This document shows, one piece after another, positions 35,101-49,100 of a stretch of 64,000 nucleotides of DNA (within the stretch, counting starts at the first letter, position 1; every line of letters starts with the position of its first letter). This DNA comes from Hormiphora californensis (Eukaryota > Animalia > Ctenophora), in the NCBI GenBank assembly GCA_020137815.1, contig CM035362.1, forward strand, positions 2,356,001 to 2,420,000, given 5' to 3'. The notes under the pieces are model-generated. The model was given only the letters and a program-made list of their open reading frames with translations, searched no databases and had not been told where the DNA came from. The position numbers and the translations under genes were made by a program.

Positions 35101-38100
35101 GATATGCGCATAGCCGTTTTTTGGCCATATGGCTATAGCCACTTAGGAATGGTTTAGAGACTTTTCACTGGTGCCATTTTGTTGGTAATGGACAAGTTAT
35201 GGGGGGTCGACGTCGGACTTTTAAGCTCTATCTCCAACCGTTTAGCCGTTATTTGACTTTAAAGGTGCTCAAAATGAGCAAAAAACGGTAAAAAGCCTTA
35301 ATTTGACCCCCTCAGGTCTGTCCTCGAAGGACGATGCGTCTCCATGTGAGGCAGGTCACTACTGCGTGGAGGGAAGTAGCTACCAGACACCGTGTGATGC
35401 TGGATTTTATAATGATCAGGTCAGATCTAGCGATATTGTGGTTACTATAACAGTTACTGTAACTGTAATGTCAGGTCAGACTGCCTTAACCCTAACGATA
35501 TTGTGGTTATAATCATGGTATGCACTAGCAACCATAGTAACCATAGTAACTGTAACCATAGTAACTGTAACCATAGGAACTGTAACCATAGAAACTGACT
35601 AAGCTACTGCGGTTACCACCAATTGTTCCTATCAGGTTGAATCTGAGAGTATAGCGGCATGTATATCATGTCCAGCTGGCCGGTACTGTACCCAAGCTGA
35701 AACCAAGAGTACAGGTACTGGACCTTGCAGTAAGGGATATTATTGTCCCCTGGGCAGCATTGGGGCAACTCAGCATGCCTGCCCTGCTGGAACACTCCGA
35801 GGAACAACTGAAGGTAAATCAATATATCACTCCTGACCCCTGATCCTTCACTCATGATCACAGTCAAGGCTGGCACACTTTAATTTTAATAATCCTATCT
35901 TAGCCGGGCTAGCGCACTATAAGCGCACTATAACCTACCCTCTTCCCTGCACCCTCCCTTAGTCTGGGATAAGGTAGCACTATATAATACTGACATCCCA
36001 AATCCCTCACCCCTCAGCCACATCAGAATCAGACTGTACTGAATGTCCGGAGGGCTCATATTGCCCACCAGGAACTGCCGATGCCATCCAATGTCCAGCC
36101 GGGTACTACTGTCCCCCTAGTGTTGGTAAGGACCTGTGTGTTCATGTAAAGATAGAGAAGTAGTTCATTTCTTGATTCTAGTATTAGTTTCTGCCCTGTT
36201 AATAACAGGGCCTGTTATTTTCTGGGGACTAATACTTGCTGATTATACTCTCTCTTTTTTCTAGGTTACCCTCAACCCTGTCCCGTGGGGACGTTCAGTG
36301 AGAAAGTCGATCTGAAGACCCGAGAAGATTGTCAACCGTGTAGCAAGTAAGTAATAAGTGAGATTGTTACAATAACTAGGAGAGAGAGCACGGTTGTGGG
36401 AAGTGAGATTGTTACTTTAACTAACAGAGAGAGCACGGCTGTGAGGGGTGAGATTGTTACAACAACTAGGAGAGAGAGAGCACGGCTGTGGAAAGTGAGA
36501 TTGTTACAATAACTAGGAGAGAGAACATGGCTGTGAGGGGTGAGATTATTACTAACAGAGAGATATCCCCAGTGGTTCATTCTGCCCGAGTCAGGGACTC
36601 AGACAGCCCACTGACCAATGTGATGAGGGATATGTGTGTTATGAAGGGAGCTACACATCCGCCCCCCTGGACGGCATTATTGGTGAGAGCTTTTTTAAAC
36701 GGGGGGGGGGGGGGGGGTTGGCGGCTGGCGGGTCCGTTTTGTACTGGGGAATTCTGGGTGATTTTGGTTTTGATCGAGTGTTTTGGACTTTGGATTTGTG
36801 TGACTAACCCAGTTAAATGTCCAGGTATCATCTGTCCCCCTGGTTATTATTGTATCAAGGGAACCCAACAACCAACTGCCTGCTCTTCTGGAACTTTCAG
36901 GTAGGGTTTCAGATCCCATCAAAATCACTTACCCCGTACCAAACACACCTACTGCATGGATTAAATCCATGCAGTGAATCGTCCAACCCAAGCCCCATAG
37001 AATTCCCGATTCGTGAATCTTCCAACCCGTCCAAAAACCAATAACCCCCACTCCCCCTCCCCCAATAATCCCTGCACTTCTCGACAGTCCCATCTCTGGT
37101 GGAAAGGACAGCAGTGTCTGTCAGACCTGTACACCAGGTCGGTTCTGTGCGGATATAGCGATGACAGAGCCAGGGGATGAATGCGAAGAAGGATGCTATT
37201 GTGAAGGTACATCTTGATCTTACATTCCAGGACTTTCTATTTAGATCTCCAATATAATTATAGTCGGTTTATCGGGATGCATGATGCTCGGGAGAAATCT
37301 CGTTTCTTTTTGAGCCAGGCAACACATTTTAACTTCCAGTCTCGCAACTTCAATTTTCTGTTTAGAGGAGATCTCCAATACTTTCTTGATGGACTCCACT
37401 GCTTTTTAGGCCCCCAATTTGACCAGGCTTCACTCCTTTCTAGACACCAAGGCAGGCTAGATAAATTCCTCAATTGATCTAGTAAATGTCAATTGTCAAC
37501 ACATAACATGATAATTTCCAATCTATTGTATAGGTGGTGCGACCAGTAACTGCCCTGCACAAGCTGAGGCGGGTTCCTACGCTGAGAGAGGGCTCTACCT
37601 CCCCCAAAATGTGTCCCATCGGGACCTTTGCACCTAGTGCAAAGAGTGCCTTTTGTACCAACTGTACCGAAGGTAATTAATGAGTTAATTAGTTGGTAAT
37701 TAGTGGTTAATTAGATTTTGATTATTCTTTAATTAGTCGCTGTAAATTCATTTAATTGATATATAATTACCATCATTCTGCAGGTCATTATTGTAACCAG
37801 GCAGGCCTGGAGAACCAGGAGCCATGTCCAGAGGGAAGTTACTGTGAGGTAGGAACACAGATACCCTCACAGTGTCCCCGTGGAACATACCGAACTGAAG
37901 CAGTATGGTATGTTCTTTAATTATTAATTGTTTGATTAATTACAGGTAAATATGACCGAAATATTACAATCCCCCTCCTCCCCCCTCCCGCACTAAACCA
38001 TATAAATGTTCTAATTAAACCACATTCTAGACCATATATTCTAAACCATTGCAATGTTCCAGGTAAAAATGAGGATGACTGTGCTACTTGTCCCCCTGGT

Positions 38101-41100
38101 AAATGGTGTAAGATGGGAGAGGCTAATCCTCAAAACTGTACTGCTGGATACTTCTGTCAGGGAGGTGAGTGCTCTCTTTATTTCGAAATTAGATACCTTC
38201 GATCACTCTTGCCGAAAGGTTACTTTTTGGCTAAACATTTGTTAACTAAAACCAGTCTAAACATGTTTTGAAAATTGTTTCAAACATTAATTGTCTAAAA
38301 CATTCTCATATACAGTCGGACCCCGATTTACCGGGATCCTCGGGGGAAAGGGCCTTGCCCGGTAAATCGGGGTGCCCGGTAAATCGGGGTCAAATACCGT
38401 TAATTTCCTATATCGGGGGAAGTTTATCATCCCGGTAAATCGGGGTCCGACTGTAACATGTTTCAACCATCCCTACTACTGCCAGGTTCTATGAGTGAGG
38501 CGCCTGCAAATGAGACCTATGGGTGGAGGTGTAAGAACGGTCACTATTGTCCAGAGGGAACGGTAGAAGAGATTCAGTGTCCAGTTGGCACCTACCTCAA
38601 TACCAACGGTGTAAGTTAACTATTGGGGAATTTACATCCCGAAATTTACCCAAGTATTAGTTCATATGTTTATTGGGCAAGGTACAGCTCAGTACTATTT
38701 TGCCTGTATTAACTTTTCAAAACAGGGAAAGAGTGTTGACGATTGTCTACTCTGTGAAGCGGGTTCCTACTGCAGTAAAAAGGGGCTGGCAAATGTGGAG
38801 GCGAGTTGTCCACCAGGATACTTCTGTGAGGTAACTGTCCCTTATTATAACCTGGTTACCATAGCAACACACCCTGGTTACCATAGTAGCAACTCAAGTC
38901 TTACCCATGGTTACCATAGCGACTCAAGTCACATTCTGGTTACTATGACTACTCTGGTCATACTCTGGTTACCATAGCTACTATGTTTTCATGGTAACCG
39001 CGGGGGTGTACACCAGCTGTTTTATAGCTTGTACTAGACCCTGCTCTTCTCAGAAAACCGATCTTTTGCAGTGACAGTAATAATTGTAAACTCCCCTCCT
39101 CCCCACCTACAGAGAGGTACAAATACCAAGAACCCAACGGACCTCGAAACGGAAAAGGGAGGACTTTGTCCCACGGGTCATTTCTGCCAAAGTGGAACAG
39201 TTACCCCTGAGGCGTGTGCCGCTGGAACCTACCAACAAAACACAGGTATCAGCTGTAGTAAACAGCACGTTCACTCCTTATAAGGTCAAGACCCCACGTG
39301 ACACGTTCACTCCTTATAAGGTCAAGACCCCACGTGACACGTTCACTCCTGATAAGGTCAAGACCCCACTTGATACGTTCACTCCTTATAAGGTCAAGAC
39401 CTCACTTGACACGTTCACTCCTTATAAGGTCAAACCCCCACGTGACACGTTCACTCCTTATAAGGTCAATACACCACGTGACACGTTCACTCCTTATAAG
39501 GTCAAGACCCCACGTGATACATTCACTCCTTATAAGGTCAAGCCCTCACTTGACACGTTCACTCCTTATAAGGTCAAGACACCACGTGACACGTTCACTC
39601 CTTATAAGGTCAAGACCTCACGTGATACATTCACTCCTTATAAGGTCAAGACCCCACATGACACGTTCACTCCTTATAAGGTCAAGAGCCCACGTGACAC
39701 GTTCACTCCTTATAAGGTCAAGACCCCACGTGACACGTTCACTCCTTATAAGGTCAAGACCTCACTTGACACGTTCACTCCTTATAAGGTCAAGACCCCA
39801 CGTGACACGTTCACTCCTTATAAGGTCAAGAGTCATGTTTGGAATGTCCAGCTGGAAGTTACTGCGAGGAGGGTGCCGTGTCACCAACTGACTGTGAAAC
39901 GGGTCGCTTTTGCAGAGCCAAGACTGCCGGTGCAAATGCTCAGGAGGTAAGAAAAGAATCAGATATTTGTGCTCACCTTGTGATATAAGTCTTACCTGTT
40001 TGTATGTATGTAAACAGAGAATAAAAACCCGTCTACTCATTTTGTACAGCCGGGAGGAAAAACCTAAGCTTCCTAACTGTAGTATAATCATCCCCCTCCT
40101 AACACAACAGAAATGTCAATCTGGAACGTATAACAACGAGACGGGTGCGAGTGATGAGAGTTGGTGTGAGAATTGCCCTCCAGGTTACATCTGCTCTACT
40201 GAAGGTCTTGATATCTACTCGGATCTGTGTCCTGCAGGTATAGTTATTTAGCTATAATCACTTCCTAATTAGTTACTGCAGGTATGTTATTGAGCTTTAG
40301 GTCTCATAGCCCATGAAAGAAATTGTTGAGGGCCCTAAGCCCTTGTTATGTAACCCCTTACTCTGTACTCAACAAGACAGAATTGGCTGAATCATTCTAT
40401 GAATAAGTTCATGTTACCCCATTGAAAACTAATATTGTATTCAGGGTATTACTGTAAAGAGGCTACCACATCTAACCCCACGTGACATCCCTTATATGGT
40501 CAAGACACCACGTGACTAATATTGTGTTTATTCAGGGCATTACTGCAAAGAGGCTACTACATCTGCGGAGGAGCTGTGTTCCATTGGTCATTACTGTCCG
40601 GAGGGAACTGAAACTGAGATAGCATGCCCAGAAGGTATGTATTGGTTGCCATGGTAATTGGAAGAATGCTGGTTGCCATGGTAACTGAACGAATTCTGGT
40701 TGTTGTTATGGTCAGCCTCATTTTTATTGTAAATACCTAAGTTAAAACTTGAACTTTGTAAAAACATGAAGAGCTCACAGGGATCCGCCAATCTAGGGTA
40801 CATCTCCTGATCTTTATCTCTCCTCCCCTACCAGGCACATATAATGCTTACCGAGGAGCTGAGAACAGTACCTCCTGTGAATTGTGTAGCGCTGGGAAAT
40901 ACTGTTCTGGAGCTGGTAAAACTACGGATGGAATTGACTGTGATGCGGGTAAGCTATCCATTAATTAGTTGGGGGATTAGTTGAAAATTAATTAAGTTGC
41001 AGTGTTTTTTGTTAACTGGCTAATTTATTTGGAGGTATATTATTTTAGACTGGCTTATATGATTCATAACCAATTGATAACTCCCCATAGGTTACTACTG

Positions 41101-44100
41101 CGGTAGAGGATCACATGATCCTCAGCAATCCTCGTGTGAACCAGGGCATTACTGCTGTCGCCGGGTCTCCCCAACCAGTCCCTTGTCCGGCAGGTGAGAC
41201 GAATTGACACACTTGTGTAGTTAACAAATACACTTGTGTGTAAATTTAAAATCCAGTCACATTACTTCGTTCATCATGTTTACATTAGGATAGCCTGAGG
41301 GAATCTTTGTAACCAACTTAAAACACTGTTGATTTCCATTAATTAACTAATTATCTCCCTAGGTTCAATGCAGCCACTAGGATCACGTGAGTCCTGTGAG
41401 CAGTGCTCTAGCAGGGAGTATGTGTCCCTGAGCAGACCACCACACCCACTGAATTGTGTCCCTGAGGGCCACTACTGTCCCTGAGGGAACTCAACCGGGC
41501 AAAGAGCAACCCTGTAAAGCGGTAAGAATTGTCGATAATAAGTGAACCCTGTAAAGCGGTAATAGTTGGTGATATTAATATGTGAACCATGTTCCTCTCT
41601 AGTTCTATCTCTGTTTCTATCTATATCTCTCTACTCTGTCTCTATCTCTTTCTATCTCTTTTAACCACCACAGGGCACATACCGATCAGAGGAGGGTGGC
41701 CTGTCCCAGGCTGATAGCTGTACTGATTGTGATGCGGGCTACTATTGTACTGAGGGATCCACCTCAGCCACACAAAACGAATGTCAAGAAGGTAATACAC
41801 CCATATTTGGGCATGTATATGACGTCATAATCCGACCATATATGGACATACAACGTCATTAGTTGACCATATAATATAAGAACTATCTTGACTCCTCTCC
41901 TCCCCAGGTTACTACTGTGAGCGCGGCACGACCCACGACACAATGCAGCCTTGTGCCTCTGGATTTTACTGCGAGGCAGGACAGTCCAGTCCCACTCCCT
42001 GTCCCCCTGGGCAGTACTGTAAAAACCCAACTAGTTCCAACACAACGGGCCCTTGTGCTGCTGGCTACTATTGTACAGGTAAGAGATGCCTTGCCCATAT
42101 ATGGGCAGTATTGTACTGGTAAGTGATGGCACAAGATGGAACAAGTGACAACGTCTCATCTCCCCTAATTATTCTATCGGTTCAGTGGGTGTACGCCGTG
42201 CCTTACCCACTGCCTTGGTCTCCCCACCATGATATATGTCTCAAGAGGCCACTAATCCATCTTCTCCTGTGTATAGCACCATCAAGAGACCACTAATCCA
42301 TCTGTATAGGCAGAGAGACGACAGCCACTCCTACAAATAACAAGTGTAGTAAGGGCAAGTATTGTCCAGTGGGAAGTAGTGAGGAACAACCTTGTCCAGC
42401 TGGAACATACAATGAACTTACCGGACAGGTTCGTTATAGCTTCAATAGTTTTAGCAAGGCAAATATATTGTGCTATACTGCATGCTAGTATTATTGTAGG
42501 TCTACTGCAATGATGTGGTCTCCCTCGCTCCCTATATATCCCTCCCGCAGTCTCACTAACCCATCTGTACAGTCCCACTAACCCATCTTTGAGTAACATT
42601 ACCACCCACCGAACAGGGTCTACCACATAACTGCTTGGGTTGTGAAGAAGGTTTCTACTGTCCAGGGCAAAACAACACCGACTACAAGGACAACCCATGT
42701 GATGCGGGGTATTACTGCAGTGGCGGTTAGTAATTTGGTCATAATAATGAGTTAGTACTTGAGTTGTGCATGATAATTAGGAATAAGTATTTGATATGCT
42801 CATGAGTTATTACATCTTGAATCTATAGTTTGTGGTAATTTTCTGCAGCACGTGCCTTGCTCGACCGAAAAGAAGGGTAGATAGAACACTGTCGTGAAAC
42901 CCCCCCCCCCCCCCCTTACACAGGTTCATCATCTGCTACCCAAAACATATGTCCCAGAGGTCACTTTTGTGCCAAACAATCCTCCGCCCCCGAACCATGC
43001 AAAGCGGGAACTTACCAGGTCAGAACTCAATGTTTGTTTTTGCACAAAAGACAACATCGACATCAATTCAAAAAGTCAGAAAATTTAGATGTTGTTAGCG
43101 TTACCATGGTAACATTTGATCCCCCGTTTGATATCTTCTAACATTATATTATATTCAGATATATTCAGATATATTATATCTTCTAACATTATATATATTC
43201 AGAATGAGACGGGTATGAACAGCTGTGAAACATGTCCCCCTGGGTTCTATTGCAACGAAGGGACAGAGGACCACACCCTCTTCCCCTGTGACACGGGTTC
43301 TTACTGCCCCGTAAGTTATCAAATAATGCCCTAATATGGTAGCAGAGTTCTTGTGTTATCATTTTCCGAGTTTGATGACTAGAAACTCTAAATATTTAGG
43401 AATCGAGCGACGAACCTGTGAAATGTGACAGGGGAACCTATAACGATAAGGTCATGATGGAAAGCGATGATGCCTGTATACTTTGTGTTGCTGGATTCTT
43501 TTGCAATGAAACAGGTTCGTTCCATTCAAATCAGTTTTAGGACATGCTCTAATATAAGGGCACCACGTGACACACTGTCCCATGCCCAAATATGGACACC
43601 ACGTGACACACTGTCCCATGCCCAAATATGGGCACCACGTGACACCATCTATTTCAGGTACAACCTACCCGAAGCACTCGTGTCCGGCAGGGTATTACTG
43701 TCCGGCAGGGACCTCCTACGCCACTGATAATCCCTGTCCTGATGGATCGTAAGTACAAAGCATGAACCGACCGAAACAAGTAAACAACCAATCAGAACTT
43801 GTTATTTAGGTCACGTGACTGGTTATCAGCCAATCAGGGACCAGTATTTCCTGATTCGGTCGGTTCCTGGTACAAAATTAGACTTCTGTAAAGCTTGTTT
43901 GAATCTTCCCAATTTCCTATAGCACACAAAATTTAGTAAGTATAAGCTATCGTAAATCAGTTTGTTGATTCTGGGTAAGAAGAAATTTCCAAATTCCAGG
44001 TTTTGACCAGCAAGTTCTCATCTCACCCCCCCCCCCCCATTTCTAGGTACTGTCCAGCGAGTTCTGAGAAAGCAACACCCTGTCCAGTGGGCACGTTCGG

Positions 44101-46102
44101 GACGGTAAGGGGCGCCACAGAGGAGAACCAATGTACGGACTGTTACGCTGGTCAATACTGTCCAACTGAGGGTGAGTGTTGATTGACGATATAATTAGTC
44201 TGTTAATTAACGATATAATTAGTCTGTTAATTAATGATTAGTCTGATAAAATTACCTGCAATGATCATAATTCATAGTTGTTCGATGATAAGGAACGATT
44301 GGTTACGAAGTCACCCCTAATACGCTTGCACGGAGGGGTAATTTCATTACTAAAATCAATGAGCTAATTCTAAAACTAAAATTTAACACCTTCTCAGGAG
44401 CCACCAAGACTAATGGAAGTTGTACTGCGGGGTATTATTGTCCATCCAAATCAATATCCCCAACTCAACAACCATGTGATAAGGGTCACTATTGCAAGGA
44501 GGTTAGTATAGTTTCAATGCTGTGAATACGACAACAATGGTTTATTTGAACGTACCTATGGATCCCCCACTTTTTTCTTCTTCAACTCTAACTTGAATTG
44601 TTCATACGGAAATAGTGTCAAGCGACTCTAACTCCCTCTCTATCAGTCCTTGAATTTCCCTCCGTCCTCTATCATGATCACTGATCACTCACTGCATTTT
44701 TCACTCCAGCTCTAAATCACTCCTCTATATATTTTCAGGGCGATGCTGTGATGCAAAAGTGCCCGGCGGCCTACTACCGGAACAGTACCCACGGAGCGGA
44801 GAGAGATGATTGTCAGGGCTGTGATGCCGGTTATTACTGCAGCCAGGAAGGTAGGAATGTTAACATGTTAAAATGTGCCCCCATGTGCCATAGTAGATAC
44901 ATGACTAGAAACATGTTAGACAATGGTTCTGGTACCACGTGGGGGCGGGGGGGGGGGGGGGGTCAGGTGACTTGATTACTCCTCGTGGCAACAATTAGGT
45001 GGAAGTATAACGGGTTGTGCAGATAAAGAGTCCTCCCTGAGTTTAGTGACGCAGTTACCCGGGAGTAACCCCTTCACGATAAATGAAGCCCGAGGGGATG
45101 ACATCACCAATCCCTGTGTCCTGATCCCATGAATAGATGAATTAATTCTCTTTAGTACCCTCGATTACTTCTCTTGGTCTAATGGGGGGGGGGACATGTT
45201 AATTGTTAATAAATCACCTCTTTTTTCCGATTTTGTTAATTAACGTTAATTAACAAAATTAACAAATGCTAAAATATTGGTGTTATCGGTTGATAATACG
45301 ACTTTAACTGATTTAATTTTGTAGTTTAATAACTTATCTAACGTTTGTATACCCATGTAAGGCCTCCTCCGATAACATAAGTCCAACATACAAGTTTTTT
45401 GGCTCCAAATCGATCAAAATTTAAAGAGTACGAATATTTCAATTTAGCGTATAAAATGTCACTTGAATGTAATTTTTTCATTGATAATCTATTCTTCAGA
45501 CGAAAGAAAGTGATGTACAACGTTTCTGTTAGAAAAATACGAAAAAATTCCCAAAATTGCTTTTTTTGGTCAAAAATTGAAAATTTACTTCGCTACAAAT
45601 CCTTGTGTTTTTTTAGAAAAAAATATTTTTGGGATATTTTTCGATTGAAGGTAAATTTATGAGTCTTATTAAGTTTTTAAGGTTGGAAAATGCGGATTAG
45701 TGTCATTTGACCTCAATTGCGGTTCAGGTTGGCTAGTTTTTGTTCGAATTTCAGAATGGAACAAATTGTTGTGGGAAGGCTGTAGTAGACGGCTTGGGGG
45801 TATGCAAATCATGCAGAAGGAACATCTTTGTTCGCAGAACAACATGCAGCATGTGTAATACCAAAAAACACGTGCTAAAGGGACTTTAGATGGTATAAAT
45901 AGCATTTGTTAATGTTTGTTAACTTTTGTTAATTATGTTAATAAATCACCTGTTTTTTCGATGTTAATATTAACAAAGTTAACAAAATTAACATGTCCCC
46001 CCCCCCCCGGTCTAATCCTAAGATGATTTTCATTACTCGGATGCTGGAATTGAATATTTTGCCCGATTATATACAGGCACAGACGTTATAGATAGAGCGA
46101 GC

Positions 46103-46137
<35 letters not shown>

Positions 46138-49100
46138 CGAGAGTTGGAGAAATCTTGAGTACACGCATAGAGCTGGCAGGAAAAGGCAATGTAAGAGAGC
46201 TCTCATCACAACTTTTCCAAAACTCTTTTCATTGTTTTTCGTTTGTACAAGCATCTGCCCAAGAATAGCAGCGATTGTAACACGTGACATGTCATATGAC
46301 AGCTTAACTCCACTGTTATAGAGCTAGACCGCTAACCCACTATCTTGTGCTAATTATCCTGCAATCCTGGGAGAACACTGTCACGTGAACTGATAATGTG
46401 AACGCGTGACGAACACCATCACAATGTGTCCTCTTTCCAAGAGAACGTTTCTCTATATCACTGCTAGGAAAAAGCTCGAACTCACCATTTCTCTCCAGCA
46501 ACAGAAGCTTCACAGCATGAGTTCTCAGCAGCCCCTTTGATTTTAATCAATATCCTCCCCTTCCTTCAGATTGTGCTCATTTCTGCGAATTTTCTATAAA
46601 ATCATCAAGTCATTAACTCGTAACTTCTCAACGAAGATTGCCACATAATAATAATGATTTCGGTAAATCCCTAATTTCTCCTAGATAAGTTACCAATATG
46701 CAACTTAGCTGTGTGTGGTCCATTGTTGATATTTAATAGCTTGCCTTGTTCGACCCTCCTTCCCCGCGAACAAAACAACTAATAGCTGCAAGGCAGTTCA
46801 GTACAAAGTTACTGGTGTCATTTCTCAAGCCTATGATCTTGGATAGTTGGGGGATATAGGTGCAGCACAAATTTCCCTGCACGGTCTCTCAAACCTCATT
46901 CACATTTTTGAAATCTTTGAAATTATACAGGCTTTAGCTGGAGAACTCCCGACTTGAAAGGCTGCTTGTAGTGGTATTAATTAAAGGTATTTAAGAAACT
47001 GTTTGGGAACTGTTTCTATGAAATATCGTAAGACGACGCACAGTCTTGACCAATCACAGCGCTGGATTGTGCTGAATAAGTGGAATATATAAGTTTAGTA
47101 CCTGTGTGTTACGCAAAGGGTGCGTCTGTGTACCGTTTTTCAAGATACTATCTTGAAAAACGGTACACAGACACGCACTTTGCGTATCTTAGATAGCGAG
47201 AGAGAATGGGTCCGATCCCTCGATTTGCAAAGTTTCATCCATGAACTGCACCTCTCCACCTCCCAATTTCTCTTAATAATCGTTTATCACTTTTTTTTAA
47301 ATTTTCTACTTACGAATTATTCAATGACCTCAAGAGACAGTTTGGACGTGTGGATAAAGAAGCGAGAATGAAGTATGTGAAAGATGATCTAGAGGAATCA
47401 AGGGATGACCCAAAAGCACTTCAGAGGAAGCTCAGCCGCCTTCTTGGAAACAATGAAACCTTTCTACCAGAAACAAGTGATAAGAGGAAGCTAGCGGATG
47501 ATTTTGGTGACTTCTTTGTTGGAAAAGTTGAGAGGATCCGAACTACTGTGTTAGAGGAGCAGAACCAGAGGACAACGAGGAATGTTTTACACCAGACCCC
47601 TGTCTGTTTTGAAAGTTGAGAGTTCCAAGAAACTATGATTGTTCTGAAAATGATTTTGCAATCATAAATAAATGAACATAAATGTTTAGGTTTTCGATAT
47701 GAGCGTTTGTAGAGTTGCCTTAGACCCTCTCTGACTTGTTTAGGACCATATGACCAAGATTCAGCCCAATCCACACCCGTTTTCATCCATCTATTCGCAA
47801 AGGTAGTGAATAAACGCGGATTTGGTCTATTTTATGGAGCTAAATCACAAACAACCGTCCTAAAACACATAAACTTCAATAATTTGGGGTCCCTCATCCA
47901 CCCTCTAGCTTGGTAGGTGGTATTTGCCCCCTAGGCGGCAGTATTAGTTCTTTTTACTGAATTGGACCGCCAGGAAGTGGCCGGAAACTTATGGGTACTG
48001 GCTAAATAAAGGAGTTTTGGTGCCTGTGTTCCTGCATAGATTGTCCACAAGAACTAATAGAGTCGCCTAGAGGGTCAATACCATCTACCAAGCTACAGAA
48101 TGGATGAAGGACCCCAAATTATTGAAGTTTGATGGGTTTCAGGTCGGATTTCTATGATTTAGCTCCATAAAGTAGAACTAATTCTGGTTTATTTACTACC
48201 TTAGCGAATAGATCGATGAAAATGGGCATGGATCGGGCTAAATCTTGATCAGATGGTTCTAAACAAGTCAGAGAGTGTTTAAGGCAACTCTGCAGACATC
48301 AAAAGTTCAAAACATGTAGTATGGGGTAACTTTGACACCCCGTCCAAAGTTACCCCAAAATTCAAAATATGGTGGGGTAACATTAGCCAACCCAATTAGT
48401 CTCAATTAAAGTAATTGGTCGGATTTGAAAAATGGTGCCCCGAATTATTTGATCGAAACCCTTCCACTCTATGGAGCAAACTTGATTCGATCATTTGCCC
48501 GGTCAGATCTATGGTACCCATTTTGATTGGAACATTTTTTGCGATTTTGACATCAATTATGTTTGACCCTAATTAGGAGCTAATTAGCATAGACTTGGAA
48601 AAAATAATTGTACCGTTAGTTAGACATTTGTGGGTCAGTTACTTGTACACCCAAAAAGTTTTCCAAATCTCTCGTTATCTATTGGTAATTTTGGACTAAA
48701 GCCAAATTTTGAAAGTGTCCAAAGTTACCCTGCAAAACAAAGTTACCCCAACTTACGGTATCAAGTCATTAAAGTAATGTCTCAGGAGTCAGGGAAGTTT
48801 ACCACATAATGCGGATCTTAATTTCGTAAAGTAAGGTAGATCTCTAATTTCTCCTAGATAAGTGACCAATGCGCACTGCATTGCGCAGCTAGCTGTTTAT
48901 GGACCGTGGGCGATTGTTGGTGTCGAATCTGCCGGAGCATTTGCCTGACCCAACTCTCGAGAGTTTGGTCAGGCAAATTTAAAATGAGCAAATGAGAGGT
49001 CCCATTTGCTCATTTTACAATTTTCCTAATTCCTCCAAGATACTTAAGATACTGAAGTGACCAATACGCAGCTAGCTGTGTGTTGGCCGTGGTCGATTTT

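Noticed and set aside
39192-39950. 252-aa and 197-aa repeat ORFs; CRISPR-like appearance
   Set aside because: Head-to-tail 36-bp minisatellite with no unique spacers, in a eukaryotic intron. The true exons use another frame.
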